Source: Cyanidioschyzon merolae (Eukaryota). Taken from it: DNA of 64,000 nt. This document shows, in pieces, positions 1-10,315 of this stretch. Within the stretch, counting starts at the first letter, position 1. Each line of letters opens with the position of its first letter. The DNA is taken from assembly GCA_000091205.1 (NCBI GenBank), contig AP006501.2. One strand, written 5' to 3'. Below the pieces are notes generated by a model that had not been told where the DNA came from, made no database searches, and saw only the letters and a list, made by a program, of their open reading frames with translations. Position numbers and translations under genes: made by a program.

Positions 1-1166
1 GTTTCGGCACCTCGTATGGATCATCGTCACCGTCTCGAATATTCAGCTCATCATAGTGCGTGCCGTGTATCACTAGCGAAATATTCATTGTTTTGATCAT
101 GTCCTCGGTTACTTTCCAGGGCGCACCAATGATCACCTCGTCGACGTACCGGATACTGAGCACCATCAGCGTGCGCTCATGAAGGTTCAGAATCGGATAG
201 TTGCGTCCTCGATGCTGATTCACCGCGTGATCATCATGAATACCGACTAGGAGGAAATCGCCAAGCTCACGGCACTGTTTCAGGAAGCGAATGTGCGCCA
301 CGGTGAGCATATCCCATGCCCCGTCGGCGTAGATGACTCGATCCCCGGGCCGTGGCTTGCTCCCCGAGCTGAACTGCATCAAACGACGAGAAGTCGGGAG
401 AAAGCACGACGCCCTTGGTTGCTGATATCCTTGTTCGGGTTGCTGTGATTGTTCGCTCTTCGCTGTTGGCCCATTTGTCAGCATTGGGCGCTCTTCTGCT
501 GGCGATTGGGCATCCTCTGGTCCGTCAAGTTCAGCAGACTGACTTCGCGACGGCGGTAAATGATGCGAAGTCGTACAGAGGAGCATCCTACCCACGATAT
601 CCGTCGAGGAGACGCCCTCAGTGCGGGCAATGGTTCGAAATTTCCCCGCCTGCTTGACGGCCTCGTAGACATCGCGACCCGACGCATCGAGGCACGGGTC
701 GTCACCGTGCACCACATAGTCAATCTCGTAGTCACGCACAAGCGTTTCCAGGAACTCGGGCGTCACGTTATATGGAACACCACGGATGACGTGATCCACC
801 CATTTGACGGCCTCCACGGTCTCGTAGCGCTCCTCCTCGGTCATGACTGGAGGACCCTTGTGTTTCGTGATCTCCTCATCGCTACAGACACCAACAATGA
901 GTTCGTCCCCAAGGGAGGCTGCCTGGCGTATTGCGTTCGCATGCCCATAGTGCATCAAGTCAAAGCAACCGTCTAGATATATTCGCACTTTCTTCCGGGG
1001 CTCTGCGGGTGCTGAGGCGGTTAGTGCCGCCCCACCATCCTTCGATCGCGTCAATCGCCAACGAAAGTACGCTTTCAGGAAACCGTAAACAGCTCGAGTG
1101 GAGAGCGCCACGTCAAAAACCAGCAAAAGCCGTGAAAAAGCCGAGCGACCGGGGTTGTTATCCATC
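1..1166 (-). CDS. Ethanolamine-phosphate cytidylyltransferase (two tandem CTP-transferase domains), partial. The 3' end runs off the window start.
   Basis: Hand translation of the minus strand gives MDNNPGRSAFSRLLLVFDVAL...KKVRIYLDGCFDLMHYGHANAIRQAASLGDELIVGVCSDEEI...WVDHVI... for domain 1, with the HxGH motif. A second domain follows: RVIYADGAWDMLTVAHIRFLKQCRELGDFLLVGIHDD...YVDEVIIGAPW. The ATG (cat on the plus strand) is at 1164-1166 with an in-frame stop just upstream. The track's plus-strand ORF 560..976 is the antisense shadow of this gene. The N-terminal hydrophobic stretch suggests a membrane anchor. Confidence 0.7.
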
Positions 1167-1815
1167 AACCCGGCAAGCAAGCGCGGTGGCGACACCGCCG
1201 CTCAGGAGCGCTCTGAGCAGCACCTGCAAACAGGCTCGCGGATAGCCGACGGCTTCCAAACGAGAACGTTCAACGGCAGGCCAGTCTTCGTGGTAAGAAG
1301 GACGCGTAAACCTGGTATTCTCAAGCGAGATCTTTGCTGAACGCTCAGGTCTTGAATCCTTCCACGAAGCCTGCAGACTAGCTGCGCTCGCCGAACGCTC
1401 TCGTGCAAGCCGGCGCGACGCAAGTCGTGAGGAGCGTGCGCAGCACTCGAGCGCCTGCGGAACGCTGCGACTTGTCAGCGGCCGTCACCAAGGACGTCTG
1501 TACCGCCATAGACGGTTCAGGGTCTGATCTTGTAGTGCTTCAGCCATAGAGAGGTTTGCTTTGATCCCGGCAATCTTTGGTTGGTGCGTCTGTGGCGCAA
1601 CTGAACGCATCGGACGACAACGAGCTGGTACCGCTCGTCTCGGAAGCGACGCGGTGAGCACTTTTGCTGCTATGCTGAAGCGGTGAGCCGCGTTTACGGG
1701 CGCTTCGGAAACGCGTCCGACTTGTTCTGCAGGTTTTGTGGTTCCAACCGGCGCATTGTAACGCGATTTTGGACGAAAGAGCCGCGGTCATCGAAGAACG
1801 CATAGAAACACTTTT

Positions 1816-3417
1816 ATGTTCACTGCTTTAGTGAGCAGTACGGGGCTCTCGCTTGCGCTTGGACGCCGAGGTTTCCCCCGCACCCCGAAAGGCACCTGGA
1901 CGCCAGCAATAGTGAGGCACCTCGCGGCCGGAAGCCGAGCAGGTAAGCCGTCGCAACGCTTCGGGCAAGGGCGTCATTGGGCCAACTTCGCGCGCATGCA
2001 TCGTAAAAACAACCACGACTACGTGGAACTTCCCCAAGAGGAAATGGATAACTTGAAAATCCAACCGGAGACGCATTCGCAGAGAGTAGCTCGTGTGCAT
2101 GTGCCAGTGCTTGCAGATGCTGTGCGACAAGCCTTCGCAGGGCGCTCTATGACCCACTTTGTTGACGGCACGCTCGGTGCGGGCGGGCATGCCACGATGA
2201 TCATCGCTGACCATCCCGAACTGGAGCATTTTATCGGCATCGATCGAGATCGATCTGCCCTTGAGCTGGCATCGAAACACTTGGAAGAACAGTTTGCGGG
2301 GCGACATGCCCCCCAGATGCATTTTCTGCACGGGAATTTTCGCGATATTATGGCACTCTGCCAAGCCAGATCCATTAACGCGGTGGATGGCATTCTCCTG
2401 GATTTGGGAGTGTCTTCGATGCAGCTGGACCACCCTGAAAGAGGGTTCAGTTTCGGCGGAAGCGCTCGCGCTCGAAGCGATTTCAGCCAGGGAAAGCGTA
2501 CAGACGCGCCTTGGGATGCGCCTCTCGACATGCGCATGGATCAGCACGCTACAGGCGCACTCACTGCTCAGGATATCGTGAACACCTGGAGCGAATCCGA
2601 GTTGTATCGCATATTGCGAGCGTACGGCGAGGAGCCTCGTGCACGCCAAATCGCCCGAGGCATCGTGGAGGCGCGACGGCGGGCGCCCATCGAGACCACA
2701 GGGCAACTCGCCACCATCGTACTCGAGGCCAAGGGCATCCGCCGTCGAACACATGCACAACACCAAGACGCCTTGACGGGATCGAGCGAGCAACCAGCCA
2801 TAGGGACGGCGGCTTCCAAGCGACGGCTTCCAGTGATGGAGCAGGTCGGCGTTTGGCACCCCGGAAGACGACGGCACCAGCACGGCGGAACGCTGCATCC
2901 GGCGACGCTCACGTTCCAGGCGTTACGCATTGCTGTGAACGACGAGCTTGGATGCCTCGAGCAGGGCCTCCAAGCATGCATTCGACTGCTGCGTCCGGGT
3001 GGACGCTTGGCTGTCATCTCGTTCCATCGACTCGAGGATCGCATCGTCAAGTGGACTTTTCGGGCATTTGCTGAAGGGCAACGCACGCCAGCGAGCGGAT
3101 GCGCTGCGATACCCGCCGTCTCCCGGCGGGCGTCAGGAGCGCACGAGGCACGCCCTGCGACACGCATCAGCGATGAGGACACGTCATCGGATGATGCGTG
3201 CACGGAGGGCGCACGCATCGCGCAACTCTGCTCAGTGGAGGTGCCGCGGCAACCGGCGAACGATTCAGCATATGCTGAGCAGCTCGAGGATCACGAATGC
3301 TGGCGCATCATCACGAAGAAGCCCATTGTGCCGAGCCCCGAAGAGGTGAACCAGAATCCGCGAAGTCGCTCGGCAAAATTGCGGATCATCGAGAACGTTG
3401 CAGGTACGTGTGGTTGA
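1816..3417 (+). CDS. 16S/12S rRNA (cytosine-N4)-methyltransferase RsmH/MraW family, METTL15-like, with an N-terminal presequence
   Basis: FVDGTLGAGGHATMII, ILLDLGVSSMQLD, LRPGGRLAVISFHRLEDRIVK and IITKKPIVPSPEEVNQNPRSRSAKLR are RsmH signature blocks. The ATG is at 1816. About 60 aa of R/S/T/G-rich extension precede the core, and there are internal insertions relative to the bacterial enzyme. Confidence 0.8.
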   Translation: MFTALVSSTGLSLALGRRGFPRTPKGTWTPAIVRHLAAGSRAGKPSQRFGQGRHWANFARMHRKNNHDYVELPQEEMDNLKIQPETHSQRVARVHVPVLADAVRQAFAGRSMTHFVDGTLGAGGHATMIIADHPELEHFIGIDRDRSALELASKHLEEQFAGRHAPQMHFLHGNFRDIMALCQARSINAVDGILLDLGVSSMQLDHPERGFSFGGSARARSDFSQGKRTDAPWDAPLDMRMDQHATGALTAQDIVNTWSESELYRILRAYGEEPRARQIARGIVEARRRAPIETTGQLATIVLEAKGIRRRTHAQHQDALTGSSEQPAIGTAASKRRLPVMEQVGVWHPGRRRHQHGGTLHPATLTFQALRIAVNDELGCLEQGLQACIRLLRPGGRLAVISFHRLEDRIVKWTFRAFAEGQRTPASGCAAIPAVSRRASGAHEARPATRISDEDTSSDDACTEGARIAQLCSVEVPRQPANDSAYAEQLEDHECWRIITKKPIVPSPEEVNQNPRSRSAKLRIIENVAGTCG

Positions 3418-4294
3418 GTTCATAAGCTGGCACTCATCTCGGTGCATGATGTTCGGAAGCGTGCTGCTCAATTGCCGGGGTGATAGGAGTCGTCCCGCTT
3501 GGCTAGTGATTGATGCTCGCGAACTGATCAGGGGATTGGTCGAGAAGAACCAGCTTTGATACATGTTCCATGATGGTATTGGTAGCGGTTGCGATACAGG
3601 TTACTGCTTGTGTTACAATGGTACGTGCTCGTGCAAGCACGCTCGACACCGCGATACGCGCCTTGGCCGGGGGCAAACGTCGGCGACGCGTCGACTCGTG
3701 TTGCGCGGATGCCGCCTACGCGGGGTGCGCGCGGACCCGCAGCGCCCGTCAATTAGTGCAGGTTGCTTGCGCACGTCCAACCGGTATCCCAGATACCCGC
3801 CTCGGTCGTTAGCAATGGCGGGCGGGACAATGTCGAGGCAATCGTTGCACTGATGGACGCGGACGCTCGGTCCGATACGTCCTTGATCAAGTAAAGTCCG
3901 TTGTGGTCGGTGAACAGCGCTTACTTCGGTGCGAAAATCTGCAGATAGCTCTCTGACGGAAGGAAGCTTTTACGCGTAGTATAGAGCAGGCTTCGACACC
4001 TTGAGCCTGCTCGCGACTGAAGGCTAGGTGCACTGGCGGTCGCGCTACATCCAGAACGAGAACTGCGTCATCGTATGCCAAGACTTGGTCGATTCGTCGC
4101 GAAGCGACCACGCAATTCCCGAGTACATCACATAGCGCGGTTGTGTATTCGCATAACCGCAGCGATACCGTAGCTCTACCGAGTGCTTTCGGCCCATATT
4201 CGCGTGCTGGACACCAGCATGCAACAGATTCGTGCCTAGTCGCCCACGACGACGCCGCGTACCTGCTGGTCATTTTCATCTGCTGGTGTATTGT

Positions 4295-4314
4295 ATTGCA
4301 TTGCATTGCATTGC
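4295..4314. repeat. (ATTGC)4 pentanucleotide microsatellite
   Basis: tattgcattgcattgcattgcg. Confidence 0.85.
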
Positions 4315-4657
4315 GTTACATATATCCTGTTGGTACCAGGCGAGGCTTGGGTACTGCGAGGCAATGCGCGGCGGACCCCGAAGTGAACGCCATTCGCTGG
4401 CCCAAAACCCGAAGCCATCGACAAGAACGGCAGCATCCTGCCTCCCGCATCTGCGCGAATCCTCCGCTATTCGGGGCAATCCGTATCTGTCCATTCGGTG
4501 TGCTTCGCAACAGCTCCGCAAAGACTCGTGGTATGGTCGTCTGAAAAACGAGCGCGAAGCATCCACGTCACCTCGGTATCGTCGATTCCGGATCCGTGTG
4601 GTCGACGCGTCACCTTTGGCGCCGAACACGCCACGGTCCACAGGAGCTCCACCACGC

Positions 4658-5983
4658 TCATTTGTTCCGATTCTTCTTCGGTGCCGAGTCTGTATTGGGC
4701 GCTGCAGACGCATTCGAAGTTTCGTTCTGCGTTTCTGTGATGACGCGCGTGTAGCAGCTCGTGTATGAAACCGCCCCAAAGCCTTCTGAATCATCAATAA
4801 TCTCGGCTTCCTGGAAACGACTTTCATCGAAATTCAGACGCTGCAGAAGCTCTTGCATGCGCGGAGAAAGGGTCTGCGGCTCGCTCGAGTAGCGCGGGAT
4901 CTGGTTTCCTCGATACCGGTGTCGATACGCTCCTCGACTCGTCATTCTCGACGTGTTAGCGAGCTTTTTCAGCTCCTGAGGCGCCATCGACTGGTCTGGC
5001 GTGCGTCGGCCAACCGCACTCCGGGAACCGGGGCCAGAGCTGGACGCGTCTGGACGTTTGTCGGCAGTTGGCTTCGCTCCTGGAACGGAACCTCTGCGGC
5101 TGCCGGCGGTTGCGTCGCGCCCCAGACCGGGAGCCGACGCAGACGATTCTCGTCGAGCGGTTTCGAGCCCGTTGCTTGGTGCGATGCTACTCGGGTGCGG
5201 GTCGCTGGGCGGCGGCCCCGTGCCTTGACTCCAGTGACCCTGCGGATGACGCCCCTGAGTATCAGATGAACGCCGTTGCGTTGGTGCTGGCGCGGGTTCA
5301 TGCGGCAACGGCACCGCTGGTGATGTAGGTTTCGATTCTGGAGGCGTCTTGAGCGCAGCTCTTGTGCGCGGTTTTCTTTTCTCCGACTTTGATGTGGTGG
5401 ACGACTCCGAAGGCAGTGGAGTCACAGAAGCGGAGGGGCGTTCAGGAACACGCGGGTGCTTCAAGTCGCGCGTTGACTTTGGGTCCCTCTGTTTCGGGCG
5501 CGGACGGAATGCGCGCCGCCGCTCTGGCGGCCCAATGTCGGCGTCCTCCGCGTGATCCTCCTCGAAGTCTAAGCGCATCCAACAGGGCGAAATCGCTGTC
5601 CTTTGTGCACAGTGGTGTCGCCATCGCCGCGTACGACACGTACCGGAGCAGTTAAAAGCAGAGCAGCGGCTCTCGTTGCGAAGTGCGCCGAACACCGAGA
5701 CAAAAGCGCAGTCGCGATGCGCGCCCATGGTAGACGCTCCCTGATCCACTTGGAAGCAATGGAAAAGCACCATCGACGACAAAGCGTGCGCGTGCGGCAC
5801 AGACGGGTTGGTAAAATACGTCCTCAATGAACAACGACGGGTTGAACAAACGCACCCCACTGTCGACAACCGGTCGTCAGTGCGTCTCGACGGGTCCGTC
5901 TGGGAACCGCCCTTGCGCCAAAAACTGGGTACGGCCGACCTTGAATCCGATGAGAAGCCCCGTTGCCTGTGTGTGCGCTTCAC
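4658..5983 (-). CDS. Hypothetical Ser/Pro/Arg-rich low-complexity protein. It may be a disordered protein or a spurious ORF.
   Basis: A 441-aa ORF opens with a GTG codon. It contains long S/P/R/T-rich stretches and a more ordinary C-terminal tail (LSPRMQELLQRLNFDESRFQEAEIIDDSEG). No recognisable domain was found. Confidence 0.25.
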   Translation of the reverse strand: MKRTHRQRGFSSDSRSAVPSFWRKGGSQTDPSRRTDDRLSTVGCVCSTRRCSLRTYFTNPSVPHAHALSSMVLFHCFQVDQGASTMGAHRDCAFVSVFGALRNESRCSAFNCSGTCRTRRWRHHCAQRTAISPCWMRLDFEEDHAEDADIGPPERRRAFRPRPKQRDPKSTRDLKHPRVPERPSASVTPLPSESSTTSKSEKRKPRTRAALKTPPESKPTSPAVPLPHEPAPAPTQRRSSDTQGRHPQGHWSQGTGPPPSDPHPSSIAPSNGLETARRESSASAPGLGRDATAGSRRGSVPGAKPTADKRPDASSSGPGSRSAVGRRTPDQSMAPQELKKLANTSRMTSRGAYRHRYRGNQIPRYSSEPQTLSPRMQELLQRLNFDESRFQEAEIIDDSEGFGAVSYTSCYTRVITETQNETSNASAAPNTDSAPKKNRNK

Positions 5984-6169
5984 TCCTGCGTTCTCTGTAA
6001 CAGCTCTAGGGCCTTCTGCAAGTGCCAGGAGAAGCCCACTGGCAGAGCGGGGTTCACGAAACCGAAAAGGCTACGCTTTCCGACCGATTCCACACGGTGG
6101 AACGTTTCAAGCTCGCAACAGTGCCCCTGGTTTCCTGTTCTCCAACAAGTACTGGGTCAAAAACCGTAC

Positions 6170-8340
6170 ACAAAAAGCACACACCGCCGGCAACAAACGC
6201 TTTTCAAAAGAAAGACGCTGCCGCCAGCGGTGTACAGTAGTCGCGACCGGCGCCCTAGAGGAAACGTCTCCAATTGACGTGCAGACGCCTTCCAGCTTTT
6301 TTCCACTGGCCACCCACTACGGCTTCCAACTTTATCTCATATAATTCCACATTCAGAGATTGTTCAATAAAGAGTTCTCTTGTCAACTCTGGGGGTCTCT
6401 TCTCCATCAACGCATATTTCCTTATATTGATGGCAGCATTAAAGTCTCGATTCATAAACTCCATCAGTTTCTTGCCGTTGGGAGTTGTACTCACTAATGC
6501 AAGTAGTCCACGAACTTTCGCGCTCCTTTCCATTTGCTCTTCCGTCAGCGTACCGTACTTTCTTATAACCTCAGGACTCCTCTGGCACTTTTCCATCTCG
6601 ACCCTCTGAAGTGTACACCCCAGTTCATGGTGTGTATAGGACGTTCGAAACTCATCTACAGGTATCGTGCCGATACGCCGTGCACACTCTTTGTACGTTC
6701 TTGTCGTTGGAGCTGGCGAAGTTCCTTGCTTGGGTCTTCCGTCGCCCTGCTCCGTACGCTACTACGAGCCTCTGACTTTCATCCTCCTTCAAGGCGCTCA
6801 GCTGATTGAAAAAGTTCGCGAATGCACGCTGCTTCCCACAATACAAATTCATTCGCAGTCGAACCCGCCGGGGCTTGGTCTACTCCTCCTACAGCGCATC
6901 CCAATGAGCAACACGAACTTCCATGAATTTCCGTAGAGCCTGAAAGTCCGCTCCTCGGCTTGTCACCTCGCTCAAAGCTTCCAGGTGCTCTTTCATTCCT
7001 GCATTTCACTTCTCAATTTTCTTCCTCGCATTCATTATACCGGATTCTCGATAGAATCTCGCTCTCGAGAACCCCAAAAGACGCATGTCTTTCTGACGTA
7101 AGTTAGCATCAGTACCATCTTCCGCACGCTAGGGTACTGCGATGGTTATGTTATTTGTGTTTCCGGGATCCGCGCCAACGACAAAGTCGTTATCTTGCAC
7201 CTCCTGCGTCGCAGGATCCGCCTCCTTCTCATCTTCATGCATCGTCGCGCCAACGACAAGGTCGTTATCTTGCACCTCCTGCGTCCCAGGATCCGCCTTC
7301 TGCTCATCTGCATCCTTCGTCACGGGCGCAGCCGAGGGAGGGACTGGGCGATCTGTCTTCAACCGCCGATAGTGTATACACAAGGCTACTCCATCGGTTT
7401 CGATCATCTCAGTGAATACCTTTTGTTTGCTGACTTTGAGACGTTTGAAATCGAAGATACTCTTCCAGTACGTCTCACGGTTTTCACCGGAGAATTTCTT
7501 CCTGCTAACATCGGACTCAGGACTGATCTCGCTCATGATGCTGCAAAGACGCCAGAGTGGATAGTCACAAAATGTGACTTGATATTGTACATTGGAACAA
7601 CGTTGAAGCGCTTCCCCATTAGGAACGCCTTCCGTCTCTCCCACTCTTCATTTTTTCCTCATTCAGCCTCATCTCTGCCGTGCGTTCGAGTTCGCGGTCC
7701 AAAAACACGAAATACCTCAAGATGAGGAGGTAGTATCTTTCCTTATCTTTTCCAACTCTGATATCTTGTCTGCTGGATTAACCAGCCCCAAGACTGCACG
7801 GTGTTCCTGTATAACCGCACGGATTAGAGAAGCTTCATTCGTGCACTCATTCGACGCCTTCTTGTCAACGAACTCGATCTCATCTTCATGATGGCGATCG
7901 TTCGTGATGCAACTGATAATTGCCCATTTTCCTGCGCGAGACAGACCCAGGTAGAGTGCAACCACGGTGCGTATCATGAAACGTTCGAAGTTCGCTGTCA
8001 AATGGTTCTTCAGATTCGCGAGGTACTTCATCGCCCCATAGCTGTAAATATCCCAGTCACCCTTGTACCGAGTACCCTCGAACCCGTCAAAGGGATGTTT
8101 TTCGTGGAGAGCATGCACTAGCACATTTTCCCTCCGCGCTTTCTCTGTACCAAGCATCAGGTGACGAATAAAGGTCTTGTCGAAGAACTCGCCGGGAATC
8201 TCGACCGTTTCCATGTGCGTCCCGTCGCGATACATCTCTCTCACCAAATGCATCAGTCTTGACAACGCGTTGACAATACTCTTGGAGTACGACGCAAAAC
8301 GTTTTTCGATAGCGTCTCGCAACTTTTGTTTATGGGGATC
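6170..8340 (-). mobile_element. Diverged, 5'-truncated copy (copy 1) of a TnpB-like, Fanzor-type element
   Basis: Roughly 90-95% similar by eye to the elements at 45450-48005 and 52281-54800. Similarity ends near 8340, just upstream of the MRDAIEKR N-terminus, and near 6170, about 90 bp past the last coding piece. Confidence 0.7.
6255..8322 (-). pseudogene. Fanzor/TnpB-like nuclease remnant (copy 1), interrupted by in-frame stops
   Basis: The pieces are 7717..8322, 7129..7644 (contains ..[18 protein letters not shown], RuvC-I-like, followed by a private TAG), 6652..6852 (FANFFNQLSALKEDESQRLVVAYGAG..., TnpB-like pre-zinc-finger block) and 6255..6596 (...MEFMNRDFNAAINIRKYAL, RuvC-III-like). 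The copy has private stops and indels relative to copies 2 and 3. Confidence 0.65.
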
Positions 8341-8995
8341 CTTGATATATCCAAAAGGGTCCGCCAGGCTCGCGCTTCATGCTCCCGCCAGTACTTACTG
8401 CTGTAGCGATATCTAAGCGACTCGTCGAGAAACGCTGGTCATTCTGGGCTCGGGGCGGGTAGCCTGCGTCAGGGGCGTCGCCCTGGTCGCAGTGGACTCC
8501 TAGCGTATCGCTTCGCGCTGCTGCAGGCAGTAGGTCTAACTGCACATCTCCCAGGCTTCCAGAATGTTGACGAATCCCGATTCCGTATTCAATGAAGCAT
8601 TCCTCGATCCGATACCCCCATGGATATGGCAAAACCGTTCTGTCTCCATTCAGCATCCGCACTAGCAGCATCGGCTCTATTGCGGATGCAGCAATGCAGG
8701 TACTCAGCGCACGATGGAACATACGAAATTACCAGTATATCCGAGAACAGACCATGAAACTTGGCGTAAGAGCGAAGCATATTGAGCACTGGCATTGATT
8801 CCAATATCCACCCCACAATCTAGAATCCATGATCCATACAAACGTCTTCTCATCGAAGAAATGGCTTCAGCAGCCACAACGCTACCGACGACGACGTCAA
8901 TTACAATAACGCAATCTGGCATACATTATCTGGAGCTAGCGTTGTACCGGGAGTCTGCGTGCCTCGGTCGCTAGTCGACGTCCTTGCCCAAGGAT

Positions 8996-10315
8996 ATGTG
9001 GGTGTCTACAGTGCACGGGTGGCAAGCGCTACCCCACTTGGAAGGCGTGCGACAGCACCGACGAGCACCGTGCCGACGACCTCCGCGAACCGCGAGGCGC
9101 TCTGACGCTGGAGTCTCGCTGCCTCGAACTGCGTTGCCGACTCGAGGGCGCTTCACTGCTGGGGTACCGACGTCAGCAGACTGCTCCGCGGTGCCGCGTT
9201 TGCGCTGCTTGGATGCGACACCAGCCAGCAGCGATGGAGCGGACACCGCTTCGACTCCAGCTGCAGCGGCAGGTGCGGGCGCTCAAAGCGTAGGGAGCGC
9301 AGTGGTTGCCTCCGAGCGCCCAGCGGACGCGAGAAGTGCAGCCTTGGTAGCTGCGGTGGCCACTACGCGTCCGGCACGTGATCTGGCTGTCCGAGTGGTG
9401 TCCGGCATTGTTATGGGTTTGGTTGCCACGACCTGGATTCTGGCGGGTATCTGGGTGTTTACGGCCGGTCTGACAGTTGTCGCAGTGCTCGGTCAACTTG
9501 AGTATTATAACATGGTGCGGGCAAAGGGCATCCGACCGGCACAACGCGCTGGGATAGCGGCGTCCATTTTGGCGCTGTGGGTAGCCGCAGCAGCACCGCA
9601 GGCATCAGAGGCCGTGTTCCCGGTCTCAGCGACGCTGATCTGTACCTACATGCTGTTGCATCGCCGGGAGAAGTTCGCTACGATCGCCGACATCAGCACA
9701 ACGTTCATGGGAATGTTTTACGCTGGATACCTGCCGACCTTCTGGGTTCGCATGCGAGCTCTCGGCGGCATTGAGCAGACGCGCTTTCCAGCGGTGGTAT
9801 CGCGTCTCCCCGATGTGCTGTGGCCAGGCTGGTTGCCACCACCGGAAGGCTGGACCGTAGGCGCAGCCCTAACCTGGTGGACCTGGCTCTCAGTGGCAAG
9901 TAGTGATATCGGTGCGCTGTTTATTGGCCGCGCGTTCGGGCGCCGCAAACTCAGCGACATTTCGCCGAAGAAGACCGTCGAAGGCGCCATCGGAGGCTTC
10001 CTCTGTTCTGCACTCGTTTCGATATTGGGAGCTTTCTTGATGAGATGGCCGCTCTGGTGGCTCACCGGCACCCTCTACGGAATCCTGATTGGCGTCGTGG
10101 GCCTTCTGGGAGATTTGACAGCCTCCCTCTTCAAGCGTGACGCTGGATTCAAGGACTCGCCTGCAACAGCGTTTGGGGGACGTTTCCGCTGGGCGCTCCC
10201 CGGCCACGGAGGAATTCTCGATCGAACCGATAGTTTTGTATTTACAGCGCCCCTCGTATATTATTTTGTCACCATGTTTTTGCCTGCGTTGCGCGCCTTT
10301 ATTTTGAAGAGATAG
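8996..10315 (+). CDS. cdsA: Phosphatidate cytidylyltransferase (CDP-diacylglycerol synthase, CdsA type) with a long N-terminal presequence
   Basis: C-terminal signature SLFKRDAGFKDSPATAFGGRFRWALPGHGGILDRTDS, plus KKTVEGAIGGF and multiple transmembrane segments. The track ORF starts at a TTG (8984). The first ATG is at 8996. About 130 aa of Arg/Ala/Ser/Pro-rich sequence precede the roughly 300-aa core. Confidence 0.8.
   Translation: MWVSTVHGWQALPHLEGVRQHRRAPCRRPPRTARRSDAGVSLPRTALPTRGRFTAGVPTSADCSAVPRLRCLDATPASSDGADTASTPAAAAGAGAQSVGSAVVASERPADARSAALVAAVATTRPARDLAVRVVSGIVMGLVATTWILAGIWVFTAGLTVVAVLGQLEYYNMVRAKGIRPAQRAGIAASILALWVAAAAPQASEAVFPVSATLICTYMLLHRREKFATIADISTTFMGMFYAGYLPTFWVRMRALGGIEQTRFPAVVSRLPDVLWPGWLPPPEGWTVGAALTWWTWLSVASSDIGALFIGRAFGRRKLSDISPKKTVEGAIGGFLCSALVSILGAFLMRWPLWWLTGTLYGILIGVVGLLGDLTASLFKRDAGFKDSPATAFGGRFRWALPGHGGILDRTDSFVFTAPLVYYFVTMFLPALRAFILKR

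Noticed and set aside
560-976. Plus-strand 138-aa ORF at the window start
   Set aside because: It is antisense to a well-supported two-domain cytidylyltransferase gene on the minus strand, and it has no motifs of its own.
1828-3218. Long minus-strand ORFs (356 aa and 216 aa) overlapping RsmH, and similar antisense or alternate-frame ORFs throughout (for example 4276..4827, 14474..14884, 54755..55355)
   Set aside because: They are GC-rich shadow ORFs. Stop codons are rare in about 60% GC sequence. These ORFs have low-complexity Arg/Ala/Pro-rich translations and overlap genes with clear homology on the other strand or frame.
6849-6875. GGTTCGA-like strings (for example the rc of cagtcgaacccgccgggg, also at 54215-54235) as tRNA T-arms
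   Set aside because: There is no surrounding cloverleaf. There are no acceptor or anticodon stem complements, and no box A or box B spacing. The strings sit inside Fanzor coding remnants.
1816-10315. Interpretation of the window as a bacterial dcw-like region (rsmH, cdsA, msrA present)
   Set aside because: Neighbouring genes are unambiguously eukaryotic (Mpv17/PMP22, ORC2, Bms1, class I HDAC, eIF4G, LINE RT). The bacterial-type enzymes carry presequences, and gene spacing and orientation are not operon-like.
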